Source: Bacteroidota bacterium
GTDB taxonomy: Bacteria; Bacteroidota; Bacteroidia; NS11-12g; UBA955
DNA: 64,000 nt
Reading direction: 5' to 3'
Assembly (NCBI GenBank): GCA_024103355.1
Contig: JAGFIU010000051.1
Span: 19,548-83,547, forward strand
Shown here: positions 36,318 to 44,811 of the stretch, piece after piece
How the letters are laid out: each line of letters begins with the position of its first letter
Numbering within the stretch: position 1 is the first letter of the stretch
Notes under the pieces: model-generated
Database searches by the model: none
What the model was told of the DNA's origin: nothing
Seen by the model: the letters and a program-made list of their open reading frames with translations, nothing else
Position numbers and translations under genes: made by a program

Positions 36318-36881
36318 TTATACTTGCAAAAAATCGTTCAGCTTGTCATAGAATTTTGATAATGGGAACCCCATTACATTATAGTAGCATCCTTCTATTC
36401 TATAAATCCCAAAATAGCCCATCATGTCTTGTATTCCATAAGCCCCTGCCTTGTCATATGGGTTGCATTTCTCGATATAAGCTTTGATAAAATCAGAGTT
36501 GAGTTTTTTGAAAAAAACCTTGCTTTCTTCTACAAATCCTACATGCTTTTCTGATTGTCTAATGTAAACTCCTGTGAAAACAGAATGTGTTTTTCCGCTT
36601 AATTTGCTAAGCATTTCAAACGCTTCATTATCATCTGAAGGTTTGTTTAATATTTCATTCTCCAAACATACAATGGTATCAGCTGAAACAATAAGTTTTT
36701 CAGATGTTACTGCAAGATTTTTTTTCTTTGCCAGATAAAGTGGTATTTCGTTTGAAGATAATGAATCAGGATATCTCTCATCTATATTGGGGGTGATAAA
36801 TTGAACTTCAAAACCCGCATCTTTGAGAAGGAATCTTCTTCTAGGGGAACCTGAAGCAAGCAAAATTGGTGGATATTCCAT
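36318..36881 (-). CDS. maf: Maf-like nucleoside-triphosphate pyrophosphatase (septum formation protein Maf)
   Basis: ILLASGSPRRRFLL is the N-terminal Maf signature. 187 aa. Confidence 0.85.
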   Translation of the reverse strand: MEYPPILLASGSPRRRFLLKDAGFEVQFITPNIDERYPDSLSSNEIPLYLAKKKNLAVTSEKLIVSADTIVCLENEILNKPSDDNEAFEMLSKLSGKTHSVFTGVYIRQSEKHVGFVEESKVFFKKLNSDFIKAYIEKCNPYDKAGAYGIQDMMGYFGIYRIEGCYYNVMGFPLSKFYDKLNDFLQV

Positions 36882-36990
36882 GCAACAAAAGTAACATGAA
36901 ATATAGAAAGTATTGGATAAAGTGTGTTTGTCTTGTTGAGTTAAATGAATTAGTATTGTGGCGCGATTGAGCGAACGTGTATAGCCTGCT

Positions 36991-37392
36991 ATGGGGACTT
37001 ATAGAAGTAAGATTGTTATTTTGATTCTTTTGATTATTTCATTCGTAACGTATAGTATTCTATTATATGAGTCAGATAGTAAGCAATCTGCTCCACCAAA
37101 TAAACTTGCTCAGAAAGGGCGCGTCCTTTGGCAGGAGAAAAATTGTACTGCTTGCCATCAACTTTATGGATTGGGAGGACATTTAGGTCCTGACCTAACC
37201 AATGTATACGAACGAAGAAGTGAAGATTATATTAAATCTATTCTGCATACCGGAACTGTTGTAATGCCTGATTTTAAACTAAACGAGCAGGAAATTGAAG
37301 AGTTTGTGGAGTTTTTTAAGTATATAAATTCAACAGGTAATGCAGACCCAAAGTCATATAAAAAACATTTAGATGGAACAATTTCGCAGTAA
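36991..37392 (+). CDS. Membrane-anchored mono-heme cytochrome c, NorC/CcoO-like
   Basis: Single TM helix, then CTACH heme site, then GPDLTNV…RSEDYI…GTVVMPDF. This matches the CcoO/NorC pattern GPDL…R(Y)S(D/P)EW…MP. Confidence 0.7.
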   Translation: MGTYRSKIVILILLIISFVTYSILLYESDSKQSAPPNKLAQKGRVLWQEKNCTACHQLYGLGGHLGPDLTNVYERRSEDYIKSILHTGTVVMPDFKLNEQEIEEFVEFFKYINSTGNADPKSYKKHLDGTISQ

Positions 37393-38683
37393 TAGGGATT
37401 ATACAATTATATTTATTAAAGCAGGATTGCTATTTTTGTTGTCCACACTACTTTTTGGCTTGTTGGGAGCCTTGGAATATGTCATACCCGGTTTTCTTAA
37501 GGATGTTTTTACTTTTGAAAAGATTCGTCCTTTACATGTGTCCTCAGCAATTTTTTGGATATTAACTTGTGCAATAGGTGGAGTTTTATTTTATGTAAGA
37601 GAGGAGCACAATGGAATTTTTAAGCTCCCTAACTTTCCCAAAATCATTTTCTTTATTCTCGCTATAACGTTCTCCTCAATTTTGGTTTCATATATCTTTG
37701 GTATATTTGGGGGGCGTGAATATTGGGAATTTGATCCGATTTTTACAATTCCTATTAGCATTGGATGGGGACTGTTTATTTATGCTTTTATAACAAATAT
37801 GAAAACACTCAAAAACCAACCGGTTTATATCTGGATGTGGTTTACAGGAGCAGTTTTTTTCCTTTTTACATATTTGGAATCAAATTCGTGGATTCTACCA
37901 CAGATTAGAAATAACTTAGTGAAAGATATGACAATTCAGTGGAAGTCATACGGTTCATTAGTAGGTGCTTGGAATCAATTGATATATGGTACGTCTATTT
38001 ATCTTATGGATAAAATTGCCGGAGATAAAAAGTACAGTTTTTCTAAAATTGCATTCGCGCTTTATTTTCTTGGTGTTTTTAATTTAATGTTCAATTGGGG
38101 ACATCATGTATATCTCTTGCCTACTCATGCCTACGTTAAGCATATCGGATATTTGGTTAGTATGACTGAATTGGTGCTTTTTGGAAGAATAATTTATTTG
38201 TGGCGTTCATCACTATCTACTGCAAAGAGAAATTTTCATATTGTTCCGTTCAAGTTTCTTTTTGCGGCAGATGTATGGGTATTTCTAACCCTAGCGCTTG
38301 CGATATTAATGTCAATACCCGTTCTGAATTTATATATGCATGGAACTCATATTATTGTTGGGCATACAATGGGTGCAACTATTGGTATCAATACAATGCT
38401 CTTATTAGCTTTTGCTTATGATATTATTGGATTTAGAAAGAATGATTCTAAAAAAATTTATTATGGATATTGGACAATAAATCTCTCCCTAATTATTTTT
38501 TGGATATCACTAATTGTTGCAGGGGTGATGAAGGCTTATTATCAGTTCAATATGCCTGAAATGTCATATGGAGTTATGATAAATCAATTATGGCCATGGT
38601 TTTTACTGTTCCTAACTTCCGGAATTTGTATGATTATTGGATTTGTATTGGTGATTTTCCCTTTATTTAAAAATAAGAACTAG
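37373..38683 (+). CDS. 12-TM His-rich membrane protein, possible divergent heme-copper-oxidase-superfamily (NOR-like) catalytic subunit
   Basis: 436 aa. Overlaps the upstream cyt c gene by 20 bp (c subunit first, as in norCB). His55, HH244/245 and H323/H326/H331 sit roughly where NorB heme/FeB ligands occur. No His is present in the helix-VI region, so the assignment is tentative. Confidence 0.35.
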   Translation: MEQFRSNRDYTIIFIKAGLLFLLSTLLFGLLGALEYVIPGFLKDVFTFEKIRPLHVSSAIFWILTCAIGGVLFYVREEHNGIFKLPNFPKIIFFILAITFSSILVSYIFGIFGGREYWEFDPIFTIPISIGWGLFIYAFITNMKTLKNQPVYIWMWFTGAVFFLFTYLESNSWILPQIRNNLVKDMTIQWKSYGSLVGAWNQLIYGTSIYLMDKIAGDKKYSFSKIAFALYFLGVFNLMFNWGHHVYLLPTHAYVKHIGYLVSMTELVLFGRIIYLWRSSLSTAKRNFHIVPFKFLFAADVWVFLTLALAILMSIPVLNLYMHGTHIIVGHTMGATIGINTMLLLAFAYDIIGFRKNDSKKIYYGYWTINLSLIIFWISLIVAGVMKAYYQFNMPEMSYGVMINQLWPWFLLFLTSGICMIIGFVLVIFPLFKNKN

Positions 38684-39385
38684 TTAAATTAGCATAGTTA
38701 ACATTGCCAATGCTGTTCCTATTAATACAGCGATAAGTTTTCTTCTACTAATCTTGTGTTCTTCAGAGTTTTCAAACAAAATCGTAGTACTTATATGTAA
38801 GAAAGTTCCTGAAACAAATGCAAGTAAAATCATGAACAAGCGGTCGCCATGTTCAATGTGCTCAACATAATATCCCAAAGTGGCTCCTGCAGGACAGAAT
38901 AATGCGTATGCAATAATGTAGGGGAGAATATTCTTGTTTGGCATAAGTGCTTTGAGACTGATTGCCAAAACAAAGGCTGCCGGCATCTCATGCAATGCTA
39001 CGCCATATAAAAGTCCATTGGTTATTCCTGAATTTTGAGACCCTAACGGAATTCCTTCAAGAAAAGCATGAATACCCAGTCCGATAAATATGGGAACTAC
39101 ACTTTTTATGTCGTGAACATGGCTATGTCCGTGCTCGATACCTTTGGTAAATTGTTCAATAAAAATCTGAAAGAAGAAACCCGCCAAAACCCAAATCCCG
39201 GCATTGTCTAAATGATGATATACTTCCGGAATGAAATTCAGAAAGGTTATTGCGAATAAAAATGCTCCACTGAAAGCTAAAAATAACTTTATAGCATTTT
39301 TCCAATCCTTTCGGGTATACAAAGCCATCAGCCCACCCATCAACGGGAATAAGAATAAAATTGAAATATTAAATAGTGAGGGCAT
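38684..39385 (-). CDS. ZIP-family divalent metal transporter (ZupT-like)
   Basis: Eight TM helices. The LHEMPAAFVL and HAFLEGIPLG motifs resemble the ZIP HExPxE signature. Confidence 0.55.
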   Translation of the reverse strand: MPSLFNISILFLFPLMGGLMALYTRKDWKNAIKLFLAFSGAFLFAITFLNFIPEVYHHLDNAGIWVLAGFFFQIFIEQFTKGIEHGHSHVHDIKSVVPIFIGLGIHAFLEGIPLGSQNSGITNGLLYGVALHEMPAAFVLAISLKALMPNKNILPYIIAYALFCPAGATLGYYVEHIEHGDRLFMILLAFVSGTFLHISTTILFENSEEHKISRRKLIAVLIGTALAMLTMLI

Positions 39386-39953
39386 TGTTGTTTTTTATTT
39401 TATTCAAGATTTTATTTGTAACAAGTGCGAAAAATAATCCGATTGAAGAACCCAAAATTGCACCGCTAAGAATATCGAAAGGGTAGTGAACGCCAACATA
39501 TATTCTGGAATATGAAATCATGCCTGCCCAAACCATCCAAAATCCCAATCCGAATCTTTTCCGTGTTCCTATTAACACTGCCATAAAAACAGCAATCCCA
39601 AAATGATTGGATGCATGAGAAGATGGGAAACTGTAGCTGTTTCTGCATTCAACTCCTACAACTCTTGAATTTACTGTAGATTCATTACATGGCCTTGTAC
39701 GCTCAAAAATTGGTTTTAAAACTTTGGCCGAAATAGGGTCTGTTACTCCAAAGGTTACTAACAGTCCTAGGAATGGGATGAAAAAAAGTTTCCGGTATCT
39801 GTATACCATGTATATTAATAAGCCAACATATAAGGGAATCCAAGTATTAGCATTGGTTATAATCGGCATAAGCCAATCCAAAAATGTGTTGTGTAGTTTG
39901 CCGTTCAAAAACTCAAACAGTACCCGGTCTATTTCCTGCAAAAATTCAAGCAT
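39369..39953 (-). CDS. PAP2-family membrane phosphatase
   Basis: KPIFERTRPC (KxxxxxxRP), FPSSHAS (PSGH) and SRIYVGVHYPFD (SRxxxxxHxxxD) are the three PAP2 motifs. Confidence 0.8.
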   Translation of the reverse strand: MLEFLQEIDRVLFEFLNGKLHNTFLDWLMPIITNANTWIPLYVGLLIYMVYRYRKLFFIPFLGLLVTFGVTDPISAKVLKPIFERTRPCNESTVNSRVVGVECRNSYSFPSSHASNHFGIAVFMAVLIGTRKRFGLGFWMVWAGMISYSRIYVGVHYPFDILSGAILGSSIGLFFALVTNKILNKIKNNNALTI

Positions 39954-39956
39954 TGT

Positions 39957-40682
39957 TTAGTTCTTTTTTGATAAAATAATAATCCGTGGGGAATTCTGTC
40001 TATCAAACTCAGAGAGTTGATAATTACCAAATATTTTGTAGGGCAAAAGTCCTGCATTTTTATGAGATTCAATCATCTCATCCGGTGTATATGCGGTTAG
40101 TTTTTCTTCAAAAGTACCTATTATTTTTTTGTCTTGAATAACCTTGATACTCTTAATGATTTTACGATTTTGGTAAGTACGGTTGATGTCAAAAACAAGG
40201 TTTCCGTCAACCTTCTGTTCGTTTACCTTGAGCCGAGGCAAAACGTAATCAGCATTTAGAAAATCTTGTATAAAAATTCCTTCCGGATTAAGAGAAGCAT
40301 ATACACTTTGCAATGCTTTGAAATCTTCTTTTGTATCGTCAAAATAGGCAAAACTGGAAAATAGGTTGAAAATGAAATCAAACTCATTTGCCTTTACTAT
40401 TTCACGCATATCATGCACCGAAAAGACAGCATTAGGAATTTTGCGTGCAATTGCTTTTTGAATTTGCTCCTGATTGAGGTCAACACCAACAACATTGCCG
40501 TATTCTGCCATAGCAATTGAATGTCTTCCGTTACCGCAACACAAATCAAGGATTTTGGGATTTTGTTTGGTTGGAAGTTCACGGAAAATCTTATGAATAA
40601 AAGCAATGGCCTCATCTTCATTGCGGTTTTTGTATAACCTGTCATAATATTCAGAACCGAACCAATGTTGAAACCAGGACAT
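39957..40682 (-). CDS. Class I SAM-dependent methyltransferase
   Basis: ILDLCCGNGRHSIAMAE (motif I) …VVGVDLN (motif II). Confidence 0.8.
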   Translation of the reverse strand: MSWFQHWFGSEYYDRLYKNRNEDEAIAFIHKIFRELPTKQNPKILDLCCGNGRHSIAMAEYGNVVGVDLNQEQIQKAIARKIPNAVFSVHDMREIVKANEFDFIFNLFSSFAYFDDTKEDFKALQSVYASLNPEGIFIQDFLNADYVLPRLKVNEQKVDGNLVFDINRTYQNRKIIKSIKVIQDKKIIGTFEEKLTAYTPDEMIESHKNAGLLPYKIFGNYQLSEFDRQNSPRIIILSKKN

Positions 40683-40753
40683 ATTCGAAAATAGAGCTGC
40701 AAAAGTAAGATTAAACTTTTCATTTATATAGTGTTTAAACTAATTTTGTCCGC

Positions 40754-42394
40754 ATGGCAATCAGTGAACGAGAATTAGAATTTAATAAGAATGAAGATAA
40801 CATGCGCCTATTGGTGGATGATCTCAAATATAAGTTTAAACAAGTTGCAAAAGGAGGAGGAGATAAGGCAGCAGCAAAGCAGCATGAGAAAGGCAAGATG
40901 CTTTGTCGTGAGAGAATTGATTATCTCAGAGATGAAAATAGTCATTGGGTGGAAATTGGTGCTTTTGCCGGTGATGACATGTATCATGAATATGGAGGTT
41001 GTCAGAGCGGAGGTGTCGTTGCCGGAATCGGATATGTCAAAGGAAGGCAATGTGTGATAGTTGCAAATGATGCAACAGTAAAAGCGGGTGCATGGTTTCC
41101 AATAACCGGAAAGAAAAATCTCAGAGCTCAAGAAATAGCCATGGAAAACAGATTACCTATTATCTATTTGGTGGATAGCGCAGGTGTTTTTCTTCCGATG
41201 CAGGATGAAATTTTTCCTGATAAAGAGCATTTTGGACGTATTTTCAGAAACAATGCTATTATGAGCAGCAAAGGAATTATTCAAATTGCAGCAGTAATGG
41301 GAAGCTGTGTCGCAGGAGGTGCATACTTGCCGATAATGAGTGATGAGGCTTTGATTGTTGACAAAACAGGTTCTATTTTTCTTGCAGGCAGCTATTTGGT
41401 CAAAGCTGCAATAGGAGAGGATATTGACAATGAAACGCTTGGAGGCTCTGTATCTCAAACTGAAATTTCGGGAGTAATAGATGACCGTTTCCCCGATGAC
41501 AAGAGTTGTTTAGACAGAATTAAATTTTTGATTGATAAGATAGGGACATCTGAAAAAGCCGGATTTGACAGGGCTACACCTGCTGAACCTAAGCTCAATC
41601 CCAAAGAAATATTTGGAATCAAGCCTTCCGACAATGCGAAACCCTATGATTCATTGGAGGTTATCAAACGATTAGTGGACAATAGTGAGTTTGAACAATA
41701 CAAAGAAGGTTTTGGTAAAACCATTATCTGCGGATACGGAAGAATCGATGGCTGGGCAGTTGGCATTGTTGCCAATAACCGCTTATTGGTTAAAACAAAG
41801 AAAGGAGAGATGCAATTTGGAGGTGTTATTTATTCTGATTCTGCGGACAAAGCAGCGCGTTTTATTATGAATTGCAATCAAAAGAAAATTCCGTTGGTTT
41901 TTCTGCAAGATGTAACAGGGTTCATGGTAGGTTCAAAATCTGAACATGGCGGCATTATTAAGGATGGAGCAAAAATGGTAAATGCAATGAGTAACAGCAC
42001 AGTTCCTAAATTTACAATCATCATTGGAAATAGCTATGGAGCAGGTAATTACGCAATGTGCGGAAAAGCCTATGACCCAAGACTGATATATGCATGGCCA
42101 TCTGCCGGTATTGCAGTGATGGGAGGGGAGCAAGCTGCTAAAGTGCTTTTGCAAATAGAAAAATCTGCACTCAAAGCCAAAGGCGAAACAATGAGTGAAG
42201 AAGAGGAGAAAGCATTGTTGGAAAAAATTGTGTCAAGATACAATAGACAGCTCTCTCCTTATTATGCTGCTGCACGTTTGTGGGTTGACGGTGTCATTGA
42301 CCCTTTAGAAACAAGAAAAATTATCTCCGAAGGTATTTCTGCCGCAAATCATGCACCCATAGAAAAATTTAATGTGGGAGTATTACAGGTGTAG
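40754..42394 (+). CDS. Acyl-CoA carboxylase carboxyltransferase subunit (methylcrotonyl-/propionyl-CoA carboxylase beta, or glutaconyl-CoA decarboxylase alpha-like)
   Basis: 546 aa. The N-terminus KGGGDKAAAKQHEKGKMLCRERIDYLRDENS and both N- and C-terminal carboxyltransferase halves are recognisable. Confidence 0.8.
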   Translation: MAISERELEFNKNEDNMRLLVDDLKYKFKQVAKGGGDKAAAKQHEKGKMLCRERIDYLRDENSHWVEIGAFAGDDMYHEYGGCQSGGVVAGIGYVKGRQCVIVANDATVKAGAWFPITGKKNLRAQEIAMENRLPIIYLVDSAGVFLPMQDEIFPDKEHFGRIFRNNAIMSSKGIIQIAAVMGSCVAGGAYLPIMSDEALIVDKTGSIFLAGSYLVKAAIGEDIDNETLGGSVSQTEISGVIDDRFPDDKSCLDRIKFLIDKIGTSEKAGFDRATPAEPKLNPKEIFGIKPSDNAKPYDSLEVIKRLVDNSEFEQYKEGFGKTIICGYGRIDGWAVGIVANNRLLVKTKKGEMQFGGVIYSDSADKAARFIMNCNQKKIPLVFLQDVTGFMVGSKSEHGGIIKDGAKMVNAMSNSTVPKFTIIIGNSYGAGNYAMCGKAYDPRLIYAWPSAGIAVMGGEQAAKVLLQIEKSALKAKGETMSEEEEKALLEKIVSRYNRQLSPYYAAARLWVDGVIDPLETRKIISEGISAANHAPIEKFNVGVLQV

Positions 42395-42398
42395 TGTG

Positions 42399-43835
42399 TT
42401 AGTCGAGAGACGAGCGTAGCAGTTCATTCACTTTCTTAGGGTCGGCTGAGCCTTTGGATAATTTCATTACTTCACCCACAAATAAACCCAAGAGACCTTT
42501 TTTGCCGGCTTTATATTCTTCCACTTTGTCAGGATACTTATTAAGTACTTCAGAAATATACCCTGTCAACACATCGGTATCTGAAGTTTGAATCAGATTC
42601 AATCTTTTTGCTATCGCTTGAGGATTTTCTTTCGGGTTTGCCAATAACTCTGCTAAAATTTGTCCTGAAGCAGCGGTATGACTAACAGTTCCATTGTCAA
42701 CCAATGCAATCAGTTCTGACATTTTTTGTGTGGATATTGGAAACTCTGTGATTGTTTTGGCATTCTCATTCATCCATGATTTTATTGGACCTAAAAGCCA
42801 ATTTGCTGCGGCTTTATGATTAGGACAGTATTGTGTGAATTCTAAATAGTATTCTGCAAGCATTTTCTCGTCTGTAATAACGCCTGCATCGTATTCTGAA
42901 AGTCCAAAATCAGTTTGCAACCTTTGAAAAAGCACTTTCGGCAGTTCGGGTAAATCTTGTTTGATTTTTTTTAAAAACTCTTCAGTAACAATAAAAGGGG
43001 GCAAGTCCGGTTCGGGAAAGTAGCGATAATCTTGAGCACTTTCTTTTGAACGCATGGATGTGGTATTGCCTTTAGCAGCATTGAATGAACGGGTCTCCGA
43101 AACAATGATTTCACCTTTTTCAATACATTCTATTTGTCTTTGAATCTCATACTCAATAGCTCTTTTCACATTGGTCATAGAGTTCATGTTTTTAACTTCC
43201 ACCTTGGTTCCGTATTCTTTGCTTTCGGCAAGCATAACAGACACGTTGGCATCGCAGCGCATACTGCCTTCTTCCATGTTTCCGTCACAAATATCTAAGT
43301 ATCTTACAAGTCTTCGTATTTCAGAAAGGTATTGATAGGCTTCTTCACCGCTTGCAACTTCGGGTTCTGAAACGATTTCAACCAATGGCACTCCGGCTCT
43401 GTTATAATCAACCAAGGTATCATATATATCTTGGTCGTGCATGCTTTTCCCTGTATCTTCTTCCATGTGAATTCTAATCAGGTGTATTTTCTTAGGTTGT
43501 CCGTTTTCACCTGTTATTTCCACATAACCACCTGTGCAAATGGGTGTTTTGTCTTGAGTTATTTGATAACCTTTTGGAAGATCTGCATAGAAATAATTTT
43601 TACGGGCATAATGATTAATGCGCGTAATGTTACAGTTCAATGCCAAACCTAATTTTGTTGCGTATTCAATGGCTGCTTTGTTATGTTTTGGGAGTGTACC
43701 CGGATGTCCTAAACTGATGGGACTAATTAGTGTATTGGGTGATTCTCCGTATTGGTTTGCGTCTGCGCAAAATGCTTTGGATTTTGTTTTTAACTGAACA
43801 TGGATTTCCAGTCCAATAACTGCTTTATATTTCAT
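42399..43835 (-). CDS. gatB: Asp-tRNA(Asn)/Glu-tRNA(Gln) amidotransferase subunit B
   Basis: MKYKAVIGLEIHVQLKTKSKAFC N-terminus. 478 aa. Confidence 0.9.
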   Translation of the reverse strand: MKYKAVIGLEIHVQLKTKSKAFCADANQYGESPNTLISPISLGHPGTLPKHNKAAIEYATKLGLALNCNITRINHYARKNYFYADLPKGYQITQDKTPICTGGYVEITGENGQPKKIHLIRIHMEEDTGKSMHDQDIYDTLVDYNRAGVPLVEIVSEPEVASGEEAYQYLSEIRRLVRYLDICDGNMEEGSMRCDANVSVMLAESKEYGTKVEVKNMNSMTNVKRAIEYEIQRQIECIEKGEIIVSETRSFNAAKGNTTSMRSKESAQDYRYFPEPDLPPFIVTEEFLKKIKQDLPELPKVLFQRLQTDFGLSEYDAGVITDEKMLAEYYLEFTQYCPNHKAAANWLLGPIKSWMNENAKTITEFPISTQKMSELIALVDNGTVSHTAASGQILAELLANPKENPQAIAKRLNLIQTSDTDVLTGYISEVLNKYPDKVEEYKAGKKGLLGLFVGEVMKLSKGSADPKKVNELLRSSLD

Positions 43836-43838
43836 TTC

Positions 43839-44288
43839 TTAGGCTGAGAGTAACTGTTTGAGTAACTTTGATATTGTTGCTCCGTCTGCTTTTCCTGACA
43901 TTTTTGCCATTGCTTGAGGCATGATCTTGCCCAAATCTTGCATTCCGCTTGCTCCGGTTGCTGATATCAGTTCTTTTAATACGGATAATATTTCTGCTTC
44001 TGAAAGGGGCTGAGGTAAGAATTCTTCCAACACTTTCAGTTCGGTTGTTTCTTTGTCAACCAAGTCCTGACGGTTTTGTTTTGAAAAAATTTCAATACTG
44101 TCCTTACGTTGTTTAGCTAATTTCTGGATGGTTTTGAGTGCAATTTCATCAGAAACCTCTCTGTTCCCTGTTTCGGTTGCCGCCAAAAGAAAGGCAGCTT
44201 TAATTCCTCTTAAAGCCCTGAGTCTGTCCTCATTTCGGGCTTTCATTGATTCAACAATTTGTTTGTTAATATTATCTGCGATACTCAT
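43839..44288 (-). CDS. GatB/YqeY domain protein
   Basis: 149 aa. Sequence is typical of YqeY (…KARNEDRLRALRGIKAAFLLA…). Confidence 0.8.
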   Translation of the reverse strand: MSIADNINKQIVESMKARNEDRLRALRGIKAAFLLAATETGNREVSDEIALKTIQKLAKQRKDSIEIFSKQNRQDLVDKETTELKVLEEFLPQPLSEAEILSVLKELISATGASGMQDLGKIMPQAMAKMSGKADGATISKLLKQLLSA

Positions 44289-44289
44289 T

Positions 44290-44811
44290 TTACTTTACGG
44301 TTTTGCATCTTTTGCGCAACTGATTAGCATCAATTAATTCATTAAGCTGCTTTTCCACATTGTCAAAAGCATTTCTGTTTCCGCAGTCGCAAAGTTCGGT
44401 CAAAGGATTGATATCTAAAAGCATGCTTTTCATTTCTTCCATGGAAGGAGGGTCAACAAGTTTTGCATACTCCTGATATGTAATATTGAGGAATGCAACA
44501 TTGGCATTTATTCCTTTATTATCAAGAAGATATCCTCCATTAAGTTGGGTAGGAAGAAGCAGCATATCTGCCGGATATAAGTCTGTTGGATGCGGATAAG
44601 AAATAATTTCGGTTTTACTGTCATTCATAATAACTGGAACCAGATTTCCATAATCTTTTTTGGTTTTGTAAATGAAAGTGGGTGGTCCGGCTGAATATTT
44701 GGGGGTAAACATATTGGACGTGGATTCGGGTTCGCGTGATGTCTTTTTTCTGGATTTACAACTCACGGATAAAATTAATGATAATGCAAGGAATACGCTC
44801 AGTGTTCTCAT
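44290..44811 (-). CDS. Small lipoprotein (173 aa) co-transcribed with the upstream C10 peptidase; candidate cognate protease inhibitor
   Basis: Lipoprotein signal MRTLSVFLALSLILSVSC. Its start overlaps the peptidase stop (ATGA). No recognisable catalytic motif. Confidence 0.45.
   Translation of the reverse strand: MRTLSVFLALSLILSVSCKSRKKTSREPESTSNMFTPKYSAGPPTFIYKTKKDYGNLVPVIMNDSKTEIISYPHPTDLYPADMLLLPTQLNGGYLLDNKGINANVAFLNITYQEYAKLVDPPSMEEMKSMLLDINPLTELCDCGNRNAFDNVEKQLNELIDANQLRKRCKTVK

Noticed and set aside
36299-36487. 62-aa + strand ORF overlapping the maf start region
   Set aside because: Embedded antisense to maf and to the M16 peptidase 5' end. No motif. Likely spurious.
37373-38683. 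Confident annotation as nitric-oxide reductase NorB
   Set aside because: The helix-VI His expected for the binuclear centre is absent, and the helix-X pattern is HxxH rather than HxH. Downgraded to a heme-copper-oxidase-like membrane protein of uncertain function.
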